DNA of 64,000 nucleotides. It comes from a virus. The first letter of the stretch is position 1; the number at the start of each line of letters is the position of its first letter. Made by a program: the position numbers and the translations under genes. Below the pieces are notes generated by a model. That model worked only from the letters and a program-made list of their open reading frames with translations. It made no database searches and was not told where the DNA came from. Where the stretch lies: the IMG/VR virus record IMGVR_UViG_3300046501_000132, positions 96,001 to 160,000 of that record, one strand, 5' to 3'. Shown in pieces: positions 26,965-35,972 of the stretch.

Positions 26965-27567
26965 TCACTTTTTGTTCTTGATCCAATTTTCCATCCTTTC
27001 AAAAACCTTAGCAGGAGCACCCATCGCCTCCAGAATATCCTCAGCCGACATATTAGCTATTGGCTTGAGACCTTCAGCCAACAGTGCATTGTAGGCACGC
27101 GGGCGAATCCGTTGGAGCAGGTCCGGATTGGTCACAAACAGACGGAAGATTTCAGCAAACCATTCCATCGTGTTCGGAGCATAGGACGTGATCGGCTTCT
27201 CACCAGAGATCGCCCGGATACGGTCTGAGAAGAAGGAACCAGCGCGGGTTCGGTAGACGTTCACGCCAGACTTGACTTCATCGACGTGGTGACCGAGTTC
27301 ATGTTGGATGACGCCAAGCGGCGTCCGATCAGATATGAACGTTGGCCAGCTATACGAAGGATTGGGATGAGCGCAGAGCGGGACCGCAACCGTGATCTTG
27401 TTCGAGCGGTAATAGCCACAGGTACCAATGCGCTGGATGAGAGCGCACTCTTTATCGGTCTTATCGTAGATGATATTGAGGACCGGCTGGGGAATCTCGT
27501 TGACATCGCAAAACTTCTGGCAGATCAAGATTCCCAGCTTGGTCTGCCCGATTCGTTCCTGGTTCAT
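26965..27567 (-). CDS. zinc metallopeptidase (HEXXH, lethal-factor-like)
   Basis: 'HELGHH' and 'SYA..N..EWFAE.F' motifs; own early promoter at 27595-27623. Confidence 0.75.
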   Translation of the reverse strand: MNQERIGQTKLGILICQKFCDVNEIPQPVLNIIYDKTDKECALIQRIGTCGYYRSNKITVAVPLCAHPNPSYSWPTFISDRTPLGVIQHELGHHVDEVKSGVNVYRTRAGSFFSDRIRAISGEKPITSYAPNTMEWFAEIFRLFVTNPDLLQRIRPRAYNALLAEGLKPIANMSAEDILEAMGAPAKVFERMENWIKNKK

Positions 27568-27620
27568 TTCCGGCTCCGTTTAATCCATAACTCTATTATA
27601 CCTGAGCTATGTGATGAAGT

Positions 27621-27839
27621 CTAGAACTTTCTTTCGATGGAACCTATGGACAGATAGAAGTCAAACGCCTCATGGATCATAGTCTGAGTACCGAGCATGA
27701 TGAATTTGGTGCCCAAGATATTATAGGAAAAAGCCGGGGCTGAGCACCCGGCTCTCAGAACGGTTTGAGGAATATCCTTAACAACTCGATACTCCGCAAT
27801 CTCGTAAGCGTTACACAACCACTTCAACATTGGGTTCAA
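27621..27839 (-). CDS. hypothetical protein
   Basis: Packs in minus-strand operon. Confidence 0.45.
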   Translation of the reverse strand: MNPMLKWLCNAYEIAEYRVVKDIPQTVLRAGCSAPAFSYNILGTKFIMLGTQTMIHEAFDFYLSIGSIERKF

Positions 27840-28104
27840 ACTCCATAACGGGGAACATCAGAGCAGCAGTCGCATTCGCTTGTTCGGAGGTACGGGAGGT
27901 TTCAACCGTTTCCTGACCGTATAGGTATCGCTTGCGCTTTACCACTTGTAGAGTCACACCATTGGTCGTCTCACGCACCGCACGACCGATGGTGACATAA
28001 ATCCAACCGGACTTCGACACCGAGTAGCCATACAGCTTGCCTTCGATGATCGGATTGCCTATGGCATCCAGCTTCTCAAACTTATTCACGGAAGACGTAT
28101 CCAT
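27811..28104 (-). CDS. hypothetical protein
   Basis: 'DAIGNPI..G..Y' common phage motif; start uncertain. Confidence 0.6.
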   Translation of the reverse strand: MDTSSVNKFEKLDAIGNPIIEGKLYGYSVSKSGWIYVTIGRAVRETTNGVTLQVVKRKRYLYGQETVETSRTSEQANATAALMFPVMEFEPNVEVVV

Positions 28105-28360
28105 ATTGATACTTCGTTGCGTTTTCTTCAAGCCAAATCTGAGCAGTGTTCAGCTTCTGGATCAGTTCAGGCAACCAGTAGGTCGATATGCCACCGCCTG
28201 CTTTATCAAACCAACCCCCGTCATCTTCAACGAGGATATGGAAGCAGACGTGTTGATCATCCGTTAGACCCATCCCGCCACGAGGACGCAGGCCGACTCC
28301 CAAACACTTCCCCAGGAACACAACCTTGAAGTCTTTATTTACATCCACAAGCTTGCTCAT
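28082..28360 (-). CDS. hypothetical protein
   Basis: GAGG SD; operon packing. Confidence 0.6.
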   Translation of the reverse strand: MSKLVDVNKDFKVVFLGKCLGVGLRPRGGMGLTDDQHVCFHILVEDDGGWFDKAGGGISTYWLPELIQKLNTAQIWLEENATKYQYGYVFRE

Positions 28361-28472
28361 CCAAACCTCTTCACTACGTTACCCGACACCAGGTATGTCT
28401 TTCCAAAGAAATTCACAACCGTCTTGCCGGTGATCACACTTTGTAGAATGATCAGGTGGTACTTAATCGTGT

Positions 28473-28658
28473 TCACGGCACTACTACCCTCAAATTTGAA
28501 CCGGCTTCCTTGATCATGTCGTAGGCGCGGGCAGTAGCACAACTGAAGGCCACCGGGTGTTCTTTACCTTGGTGATGACAACGTTCGCTCATCCCACACT
28601 CTACGAGAAAGGGACATTCCGTTTGTGCCGGAATTTTGCCCGCGACTAGTTGGCTCAT
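28473..28658 (-). CDS. small Cys-rich protein (MSQLVAGKIP...)
   Basis: 'CPF...C...C.H.G..H...FSCA.AR'; start follows upstream stop. Confidence 0.55.
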   Translation of the reverse strand: MSQLVAGKIPAQTECPFLVECGMSERCHHQGKEHPVAFSCATARAYDMIKEAGSNLRVVVP

Positions 28659-28659
28659 G

Positions 28660-28887
28660 TCAGTCCCAGCTTCCGCCGCAGCTACCAGAGTCCGAAGAAC
28701 TGGACGAATCACACGACGATGAATAACCACTATCACCGCCGCCACTGAACGAATCGTTCAGAATTGCAAAGGCGCTGACTGGATCGGTATCGCTGCTATG
28801 CGAACTACCGTTGGTGCCTGAAAACCGCGAAGCCGGACGACCTTGGATCTTTTGCCCCGGCTTTTTCTTGTTTGCGTTATAACTCAT
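28660..28887 (-). CDS. small protein with Gly/Ser/Asp-rich tail
   Basis: GGAG SD before MSYNANKK; low-complexity SSSCDSSSSSDSGSCGG tail. Confidence 0.6.
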   Translation of the reverse strand: MSYNANKKKPGQKIQGRPASRFSGTNGSSHSSDTDPVSAFAILNDSFSGGGDSGYSSSCDSSSSSDSGSCGGSWD

Positions 28888-28937
28888 ATCAATCACTCCA
28901 TTTGATGAGGAAAGTAGATCTGAAATTACCGACAACT

Positions 28938-29240
28938 TCAGTCGCCCCACTTTCCATAAAATAGAACCCCTTCGGGTTCATCTTGAGTCAGTACAGTCAA
29001 TCGGTTGATATACTCACGACCGGAGAGAACTGTAATGGCTTCCGATCCCAATTGCTCCGGCTTGGTGCCAATCCAGCTAACGTCTTCAGCACCTTCCGAG
29101 ATTTCCTTGATTGCCGCCTCTCGGGTTGTGTAACCTTCAAAGCTGCCAGCAAGAAACCCACTATCACCGAACCCGTAGAACATCGCCTCGTAAATCTTGG
29201 CTCCGGTGGGTTCATCGTGAAAAGGCCAGTTTCCTTCCAT
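28938..29240 (-). CDS. hypothetical protein
   Basis: Operon packing. Confidence 0.55.
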   Translation of the reverse strand: MEGNWPFHDEPTGAKIYEAMFYGFGDSGFLAGSFEGYTTREAAIKEISEGAEDVSWIGTKPEQLGSEAITVLSGREYINRLTVLTQDEPEGVLFYGKWGD

Positions 29241-29606
29241 CGATCACCAGAATTTTGCGATGAAATGAACAGCTACATAAATAGCACTGCCGATCAGACT
29301 CAGAAGGAACAGGAACCAAAACGTCAGCAAAAGTTCAATCAGGGTAAACCCGCCTTGTTGTTTGCTTTTCATACCTTCACCTTGGCTTGTTCTTCCTCCC
29401 AGGCGACGTATTCTTCATACGACTGGAAAGAGGGATACTGCTTTTGTTGCTTTTCGAAGTTTGTATTGGCCAACATTGCCACGTTCTTGCTCATCGTGAC
29501 TCGTCCAACCGGAGTTTGACGAATCCAACCACCACTTACACGACTGATAACCATTTGGGCCTCGAATTGAACTACAAAGAAAGCGCCTCGAAGGGCGCCC
29601 TATTAC

Positions 29607-30185
29607 TTACACAGCCGAAGCAGCGGCAATAGCTTGCTTCGCGGCGGTACGAGCTTTGAATGCATTGCTCTTCACAGCCAGATTTGCGTTGTCCAATGCG
29701 ACCTGACACGATTTCGCATACAAGCGGAAGTCTTCAACGTCGGCTTCCGGACGATATTCCACACGATTGTCACCGAACATCAGACGAGTACGCACTTGTT
29801 CTTCGTACCAGTTGGAACCCATGACTTCCGTCAGGTCTTGATCATAGGTCAGTTCGCAGAACTTTTCGGTCAGTTCGGCGCGAGCGAACGGCGTCAGCGT
29901 CGGGAAGTTCATCACCACGATGCCGGCCGAGGCAGCGACATTCCGCAGGTTCTGCTTCGGAATGTAGAAATATGCCGGCTTGTTTTCCAGATTTTCCAGG
30001 GCTTGGTCACGACCATACGACTTGACGAAGCGTTCATCTTCGCGGCAGCGAGCAGCTTGGCCCACGACGATGTTGCCTTCGTCGTCCACCTTCCAAGCGA
30101 TGGTGACGCCACCCAGGTGATTGAACTGGCCGGTCACCGGGTCTTGTTCACGAGCGTGGATGTAGTAGACTTTGTTCTTGATCAT
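29607..30185 (-). CDS. hypothetical protein
   Basis: Strong codon bias; early promoter at 30240-30268; terminator-like hairpin near 29582. Confidence 0.75.
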   Translation of the reverse strand: MIKNKVYYIHAREQDPVTGQFNHLGGVTIAWKVDDEGNIVVGQAARCREDERFVKSYGRDQALENLENKPAYFYIPKQNLRNVAASAGIVVMNFPTLTPFARAELTEKFCELTYDQDLTEVMGSNWYEEQVRTRLMFGDNRVEYRPEADVEDFRLYAKSCQVALDNANLAVKSNAFKARTAAKQAIAAASAV

Positions 30186-30285
30186 TTGAAAACTTTCCAG
30201 TTAGTTAAGAAACATTCGATTTCCTATCGAATAGAGGATATTTTACCTATGTAAATGTGTTTCGTCTAGCTATGGAGTATGACTT

Positions 30286-30786
30286 TCAGTCCGAACCGAT
30301 GAGTGCGCGGGCCTTCAAATACGCAGCCCAATTAACGCCATCATAGACATCACACTTCACAAAATAATCTTCGAAGGGAGCAATATCCGAGTCATCATCC
30401 AAGATAATGAACATGCGGGTCCATAGATCATACTTCCGCAGCCATTCCTTAATCTCTGACCCGCGCCGGTTCTTTTCGTCGGGATAAACATCCAAGCTGG
30501 GTGTTCTCCAACCAATATCATCATAGAAGATGTAATTACCAAGGTTGGGGCATGCGGCGTTCAGAACCATCTTGAAAGACTCAAGCGTCATTCCGTAACG
30601 CCAAGTGGACGATATCACCAATTGGCAATCAAAGTCTTCACAGAGATTCCTGACCAACATACAAGAAATGGGGTCAAGGTAACTTGCGCCACCTTCATTC
30701 CCCATTGCGATACAGGCACGGGGTGTACAAAGCACCCCGTCCATATCCAAGAAGATGATATTAGATTTTCTCAACGTTTCAGCCAA
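30286..30786 (-). CDS. HAD-domain protein (Swiss-army-knife RNA-repair-type HAD)
   Basis: 'IFLDMDGVL', 'VISSTWR', 'RG.EI..WL', 'ILDDDSD'. Confidence 0.85.
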   Translation of the reverse strand: MAETLRKSNIIFLDMDGVLCTPRACIAMGNEGGASYLDPISCMLVRNLCEDFDCQLVISSTWRYGMTLESFKMVLNAACPNLGNYIFYDDIGWRTPSLDVYPDEKNRRGSEIKEWLRKYDLWTRMFIILDDDSDIAPFEDYFVKCDVYDGVNWAAYLKARALIGSD

Positions 30787-30998
30787 TCCTTCATCTGCTC
30801 ATCCGTCAGCGAGTTCATATGATTGAGAATGTTCTCAATGGGCAACCCAGGCATGACTCCAAGGTCTTTCGTCTTGCCGGTTTCCTTATCCTCAATCGTA
30901 ACCCACTCCCGATACACGGAATGCGATTCTTCGGACGGCGGACAGTGATATCGGAACAAATATCGATCAGAATGCAACCGCATAGTTGTCTTCCTCAT
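30771..30998 (-). CDS. hypothetical protein
   Basis: Operon packing. Confidence 0.5.
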   Translation of the reverse strand: MRKTTMRLHSDRYLFRYHCPPSEESHSVYREWVTIEDKETGKTKDLGVMPGLPIENILNHMNSLTDEQMKDWLKR

Positions 30999-31200
30999 AA
31001 TCCCCTGTGGGATCGTTGTCTTCCACTTGGAAGGTTACGTGACGATAGTTACTCTTGGTCTGATGTGATTTCAGGTGGGTCAACAATCCCAACTGAATCC
31101 GATCAATACCAAAATACACGATAGTCAGAAAAGCGAGCTCACCACTATTTTCCGGGTAATGCGCCGGCTTGATACCATACTGCTTAATTGCTTCAATCAT
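30967..31200 (-). CDS. hypothetical protein
   Basis: ATGA-coupled. Confidence 0.5.
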   Translation of the reverse strand: MIEAIKQYGIKPAHYPENSGELAFLTIVYFGIDRIQLGLLTHLKSHQTKSNYRHVTFQVEDNDPTGDYEEDNYAVAF

Positions 31201-31475
31201 GGCTTAAAGAACCAAAAGAAAACGTCACTAATCGTGGTGTTGTTGACACGGTCGTAATAGGCGAAGTAATAAAGCAAATCACCTATTCCGATAAGAATGA
31301 AGAAGTATATGATGAGCACCAGATACATCGGTGCTTCGATGTCCACCAATAACCTCTTTGATACTGCACACTTATATACCCATAGTCCCAGAATCGCAAT
31401 TGCTGCGGATAGCTGTAGCCAAAGCGGCGTTTTAATTGCTATAATTACGCAGATGATTATGTGAATGATGGGCAT
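31197..31475 (-). CDS. membrane protein
   Basis: 2-3 hydrophobic helices. Confidence 0.6.
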   Translation of the reverse strand: MPIIHIIICVIIAIKTPLWLQLSAAIAILGLWVYKCAVSKRLLVDIEAPMYLVLIIYFFILIGIGDLLYYFAYYDRVNNTTISDVFFWFFKP

Positions 31476-31900
31476 TGATAATTATGAACCTCAAATTTAT
31501 AAATACGATCCTTAGCACGTAGATTATTCACATTAGGAACCGTCACGCCGTTCTTCATCGCATCTTTCCAATCTTCATTGTAAAGAACATCTGTCCAGAA
31601 TAAAGCCAGTGCTCCATCCCAAAACTCGATGATAAAGGATCGGCCAATCAGACTCTTACGGCTGATCTGCTTGTATGAACTATAGCTGGTCGAACCGCCT
31701 GTGCCCAATAAACCACAACTCATAGTCTTATACTTCCACAGAGTCGCATCCGCCTCGTTCAAAACAAATTCAAGCGCGGCGGATGGACTTTGGAGAAATA
31801 GATCATAAATCCGAATTCTTGGCCTTACTACCAAATCGCTGGGAAGGGTCAAGGTAGTCCCTCCACTCGTATCTTCCCAATCGAGAATTCCCAACCCCAA
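31457..31900 (-). CDS. hypothetical protein
   Basis: 147-aa ORF in operon. Confidence 0.55.
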   Translation of the reverse strand: MGLGILDWEDTSGGTTLTLPSDLVVRPRIRIYDLFLQSPSAALEFVLNEADATLWKYKTMSCGLLGTGGSTSYSSYKQISRKSLIGRSFIIEFWDGALALFWTDVLYNEDWKDAMKNGVTVPNVNNLRAKDRIYKFEVHNYQCPSFT

Positions 31901-31982
31901 GAGTTGCGAATATCCTCAAGTCTGATGGATTCATGATAGACAGCATATACATTACTACCCGCTGTTACGACCCAGACATGCA

Positions 31983-33152
31983 TTACTTGCTCCAGCTCAA
32001 CATTTCCGTCTTCATCTGCTCGCGCAGTTGATCGATCTTGGTCGAAGCGGCGGCGCGTTCCTGGCGTCCAGCTTCCTGGATCTGCTTCACTTGCTTGACC
32101 GAGTCGATCAGCTTGTTCTGGCAGTATTCCAGAGTCTCGACATCAACCACCGAGCGTTCGGATGCCTTTGCCACTGCAATTGCGTTCATATTATTCAAAT
32201 CTGCCGCCTTCTTGAAGAATTCGTTTGTTTTATCGTCCATAGCGGACCCGATCTCAGCGTTTTCCTTCTGCTTCAGCTTGATGATCGTGAGGCTGATCTG
32301 CTTCTTCCAGGCCGGAATCGTCGTATTGATCAGATCGTTGAACTTCTCCACCATCGCCACATTGCCGGTCTGAATCTGACGGATTTCCGGCGCGGTCAGA
32401 AGAGCAATCTGCTGCATTCGCTTCAGACGGTCGATCTGCTTTTCCCACAGCTTGATCCGCTGCTCGAATTCGTTGACCGCCTGAATCTCAAACTGATCGG
32501 TCGAACTCTCCGCGTGTGCTTTCTGAACCGCATAGTCTTGGTTCATTTCGACCAGGAGCGCCTGAGCCGCTTCGATGGAGTTACCCAAGTCGTGGTATTC
32601 CTGGAGATTCTTCTCATACAGGTCTTCCAGGAACTTGTTGTCGGAGCGCATCGCGTCTTGACGCTTCTCCAGATCGGACACGACCTTACCAATGGAAGTG
32701 CTCGTGTCTTCGAACTTCGCCAGGACTTCAACCTTTTTCTTCTTGGCCGAGCCAATCAGCTTGCTCAGGAAGCCCTTATTCTTGTCCATGTTCAGATCAT
32801 CGACTTTGACCTGGCTCGTCAGCGCGAGAATCTGGGTGATGCCATCACCAAACTCGCCCATCTTGCCAGTTGTCGTTCTCTGAAGGATGACGTCCGAAAG
32901 GCGCGCGACTTCCTTACCGGCTTCAGTGCCAAACTCGCTGATGGTCATCTGATCCTTGACGCCCCGCGCTTTGGACAGTTTCTGCCCGACCTGGGCATTC
33001 AGAATTGGAACCGTTGCCGGGAGATTCCGAACCGGGTCAATTCCATCAGTGTAATTGCCCAACACCTTCATCGGAGCGACTTGCGGGGCCTCGGCCATCA
33101 TGACCTTGTTTTCGACTTTCGGCTCATTACCGAACATACTTGCATAAGACAT
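31983..33152 (-). CDS. telA: TelA/KlaB toxic-anion resistance family protein
   Basis: Coiled coil with 'P.IR.IQ..N..M..K......TIP.WK.Q', 'ERSVVD.ETL...Q..L...V.....I...G...R'. Confidence 0.88.
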   Translation of the reverse strand: MSYASMFGNEPKVENKVMMAEAPQVAPMKVLGNYTDGIDPVRNLPATVPILNAQVGQKLSKARGVKDQMTISEFGTEAGKEVARLSDVILQRTTTGKMGEFGDGITQILALTSQVKVDDLNMDKNKGFLSKLIGSAKKKKVEVLAKFEDTSTSIGKVVSDLEKRQDAMRSDNKFLEDLYEKNLQEYHDLGNSIEAAQALLVEMNQDYAVQKAHAESSTDQFEIQAVNEFEQRIKLWEKQIDRLKRMQQIALLTAPEIRQIQTGNVAMVEKFNDLINTTIPAWKKQISLTIIKLKQKENAEIGSAMDDKTNEFFKKAADLNNMNAIAVAKASERSVVDVETLEYCQNKLIDSVKQVKQIQEAGRQERAAASTKIDQLREQMKTEMLSWSK

Positions 33153-33162
33153 TTTGTTTCCT

Positions 33163-33417
33163 TTATTGATAGTAGGGTGTAGAAACACAGCCGACGACCG
33201 AATATTTCAGCGACCTCTTGGGAGGAAGCTCATCGATGTATTGGTGGTCAAACAACCAATTCCGAATCAGTTCCGCCGCGACTTCATCCTTGGCGTAGAA
33301 CAGCGCAGGCCATTGGATGCATGGGATATAGTCATTAATGAACCGCTGCCCAAGACGCTGGTGATCCTCTTTCTTGCGTTCATGGATCTCCAACAGGATA
33401 TCAAGACTCTGCATCGA
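33163..33417 (-). CDS. hypothetical protein
   Basis: 'RLGQRF.N.YI....WP.LFY' motif; start likely MQSL. Confidence 0.55.
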   Translation of the reverse strand, partial: SMQSLDILLEIHERKKEDHQRLGQRFINDYIPCIQWPALFYAKDEVAAELIRNWLFDHQYIDELPPKRSLKYSVVGCVSTPYYQ

Positions 33418-33751
33418 CAATCCCCAACTTGTTACGAACCCAGGCAAGACGCTTTTCGTTCGTATGGGCCTTATGCTTCGTTCCCTCTTGAATATAGTGG
33501 ATCATATCTTCATTGAATGGATAGGATTGGCTCAGACCATCATCCTTGAGCATGTCCTGAAGTTCCGTCCCCACTCGACCATAGTGCCAATCACCCAAGT
33601 TGGCTTGGTTTGACCAAAAATAAAGATTAGAACACAGACCGTAGCCACGAGAGAAATTCTTGGATTTCAATCCATAATCTCCCGCCAAGGGCGCGCCGGA
33701 CTCCACCCATGTAATGTAGGCCGTCAGAAACTGCTTCATCAAATCAGACAT
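33401..33751 (-). CDS. hypothetical protein
   Basis: 'FL.AY..W...GA...FSR..GLC.N' phage motif; start likely MSDL. Confidence 0.6.
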   Translation of the reverse strand: MSDLMKQFLTAYITWVESGAPLAGDYGLKSKNFSRGYGLCSNLYFWSNQANLGDWHYGRVGTELQDMLKDDGLSQSYPFNEDMIHYIQEGTKHKAHTNEKRLAWVRNKLGIVDAES

Positions 33752-33968
33752 CAGAATACACCCTTCCCGGAACCGGCTCAAAGCCAGCAAGTTGTACATG
33801 AGTTCCCCAGAAAGTCCGATAACCTTGACCGATCACGCAATAATAGCAGATCGCATGGTCTACGAACTCCGGAAACCGTTTCAGAAACTCAGCTGAATGT
33901 ACATCATTCAGTTGAATCTTGTAAGCGTCACCCGCCTTTGTGTTAGCGAGGATTTCATCCAGCGTCAT
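33744..33968 (-). CDS. hypothetical protein
   Basis: ATGA-coupled. Confidence 0.5.
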   Translation of the reverse strand: MTLDEILANTKAGDAYKIQLNDVHSAEFLKRFPEFVDHAICYYCVIGQGYRTFWGTHVQLAGFEPVPGRVYSDV

Positions 33969-34792
33969 AGAATCCCCTTGAGAGCCTTGGAAATATCCTC
34001 CAGCCCATCCTTCCCGCTGATCATGGAGTTACGAATCACGTTCTCCACGAGAGGGATGATAGTCATCCCGAGTTCATCGGCAAACGTATCACTATCGGAC
34101 AGCGACTTCTCCATCTGTTCCAACTGGCTCTTGTTAAGAACCATCAGAGACAGAGATTTGGCAAACATTTCCTTGCGCTTCAGAGCCAAGTCCTTGACCA
34201 TCTGATCCGGATTCTTCACCGCAACGTAGTTCAGAGTATTGACGGTGTTATCCAAATCCACATACAATCGGTTCAGAATCAACTTGGCACCAGAGAGTCC
34301 GTCCAGGAAAGGCTTAATATGAATTTTGGCCAGTTCCTGATATTTCCTCATCGCCGCGTCTAGCTTCGATTTTACCTCGTTTCGCACCTGAGCGGGGTCG
34401 GTCTTAGATGAGCGTAGGAAGCCGAAAATACCCGCGCCCTTACCGGAGGACTCGATTAGCTGTAGCGCCTCCAGGATGAGCGTTTTAGGCTCATTTAGCA
34501 TAGTCTTCAGCTGAGCGAACTCGGTAACGACGTTATCAACACAGCGGTTCGCTTCGGTCGCTTCGGAGACGTGCCAATCGCCAACGTCGCTGATGTCGGT
34601 GACTGCCAGTTTGGCGACTTCTTTCCCATTGAGAATAAAGTCAACTCGCGTCGAAGTGGTTGTGAGATTATTTTCCTTCAACCAGGCTTCGATGTCATCA
34701 AACCGGGAGTTGCTTTGCTTCGTTTCACCAAACAGATTCATTTTCTTGTCCACCACCCCGTTGGAATCTCCGAACAGGTTCTTGTAGCTCAT
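33965..34792 (-). CDS. helical protein, possible divergent TelA/KlaA-like partner
   Basis: All-helical; N-terminus MSYKNLFG resembles TelA MSYASMFG; 'G.G.FG.L' and 'T.IP' at positions similar to TelA. Confidence 0.5.
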   Translation of the reverse strand: MSYKNLFGDSNGVVDKKMNLFGETKQSNSRFDDIEAWLKENNLTTTSTRVDFILNGKEVAKLAVTDISDVGDWHVSEATEANRCVDNVVTEFAQLKTMLNEPKTLILEALQLIESSGKGAGIFGFLRSSKTDPAQVRNEVKSKLDAAMRKYQELAKIHIKPFLDGLSGAKLILNRLYVDLDNTVNTLNYVAVKNPDQMVKDLALKRKEMFAKSLSLMVLNKSQLEQMEKSLSDSDTFADELGMTIIPLVENVIRNSMISGKDGLEDISKALKGIL

Positions 34793-34989
34793 CAGTATCT
34801 CTGAGTTGTTACTTCGTTACCGCAAGGAGGGCACTTGATGAACTTGTGGACGTCGGCCCCTCCACCAATATCCCTCGAAGTATGAGTTTGGATATCAGCC
34901 GGAACATATTCCAACGTTGCTCCACAATTACGACAGATGATCTCTTTGACCACAGACGGATGCGGAGTTGCATTAACTACACGGACCAT
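34792..34989 (-). CDS. zinc-ribbon protein
   Basis: CxxC...CxxC. Confidence 0.7.
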   Translation of the reverse strand: MVRVVNATPHPSVVKEIICRNCGATLEYVPADIQTHTSRDIGGGADVHKFIKCPPCGNEVTTQRY

Positions 34990-34996
34990 TATTTCC

Positions 34997-35347
34997 TCAC
35001 TTGCACTTACGTTCGATTTCAGCCACAACGCGGTCGATCACGCCTTGCGGATCGGGAGTCAGAACCCGGACGCTGTTATAGCGACCAAAGTAATAGGTCA
35101 CACCCGAATCACCGTCCACTTCACGCTTCCCGCCGCTGATGTAGGAAAGAGTATTGGCGTTGATGTACGTGCCAGAAGCCGTCACCTTGATCAGACATGG
35201 GCGACCACCACCTTCAGTGCGCGGCGTATATTCGTCTTGCGGGTGGGAAATACCCTTACCAAAAGCGGGAGCAACCATCGTGAAGAACACGAGAGTTAGA
35301 GCAGCGGTCCAGATGATGAGTTTGCGGAGAGCTTGGTCCATATTCAA
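34997..35347 (-). CDS. exported protein with signal peptide
   Basis: Basic + hydrophobic N-terminus ending APAFG. Confidence 0.6.
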   Translation of the reverse strand: MNMDQALRKLIIWTAALTLVFFTMVAPAFGKGISHPQDEYTPRTEGGGRPCLIKVTASGTYINANTLSYISGGKREVDGDSGVTYYFGRYNSVRVLTPDPQGVIDRVVAEIERKCK

Positions 35348-35787
35348 TCCTCGTAATAGTCAAAGAAATCATCAAGATCATCCGGATCATCATAGAAACG
35401 ATCCGGATTTTCCGCATTCCAGGCCAACGCGGCCTTATGATATTTCACAGCGGCTTCGCGGGTCAGACAGAGACGGTTGGTGTTATGGTTCGTACCAATT
35501 CCGCAGTCACCTAACGAGCGCCAACAATCGGAGTGACGGCCGTGATGATCATACTCGCGGGCGTAGACCCAGTTGCTACGTAGATCAAAGTCGCTGTGCC
35601 CCATCGGATTTCCTTTAGCGAACCGATGATTCCGATAGCTTTGTGGAATCTGGAGAATCTTCACTTTTTGGGGTTCACCCCACAGGTGTCCATAGACGTG
35701 CCAAAGCACTACGCCAGGCTTGATATCATCATATTTGGCGATACCCTTGCAAACAGTATCCGGATGGGGCAGCAACTTATTATCCAT
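35344..35787 (-). CDS. hypothetical protein
   Basis: First gene after TATAAT at 35816-35821. Confidence 0.6.
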   Translation of the reverse strand: MDNKLLPHPDTVCKGIAKYDDIKPGVVLWHVYGHLWGEPQKVKILQIPQSYRNHRFAKGNPMGHSDFDLRSNWVYAREYDHHGRHSDCWRSLGDCGIGTNHNTNRLCLTREAAVKYHKAALAWNAENPDRFYDDPDDLDDFFDYYED

Positions 35788-35859
35788 TATACATTCTCGT
35801 TTAGTCGATAGGTCTATTATACTATGGATCCATACTTACGGGGATAATAACCCTAAAAG

Positions 35860-35896
35860 AAAAAGGGGGAATGTCTATGACGACATTCCCCTTTTT
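35860..35896. terminator. intrinsic terminator
   Basis: AAAAGGGGGAATGTC...GACATTCCCCTTTT. Confidence 0.8.
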
Positions 35897-35906
35897 CTTG
35901 ATACAT

Positions 35907-35969
35907 TTACTTCTTCACCCAACCATACCACACAAGTGCTGCACCACAGATAAATCCGATAATGAACAT
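35907..35969 (-). CDS. 20-aa single-TM peptide (MFIIGFICGAALVWYGWVKK)
   Basis: GGAG upstream; 3 nt after vWA stop; ends before terminator. Confidence 0.5.
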   Translation of the reverse strand: MFIIGFICGAALVWYGWVKK

Positions 35970-35972
35970 TAC

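Noticed and set aside
32028-33182. 384-aa plus-strand ORF
   Set aside because: Antisense shadow of telA.
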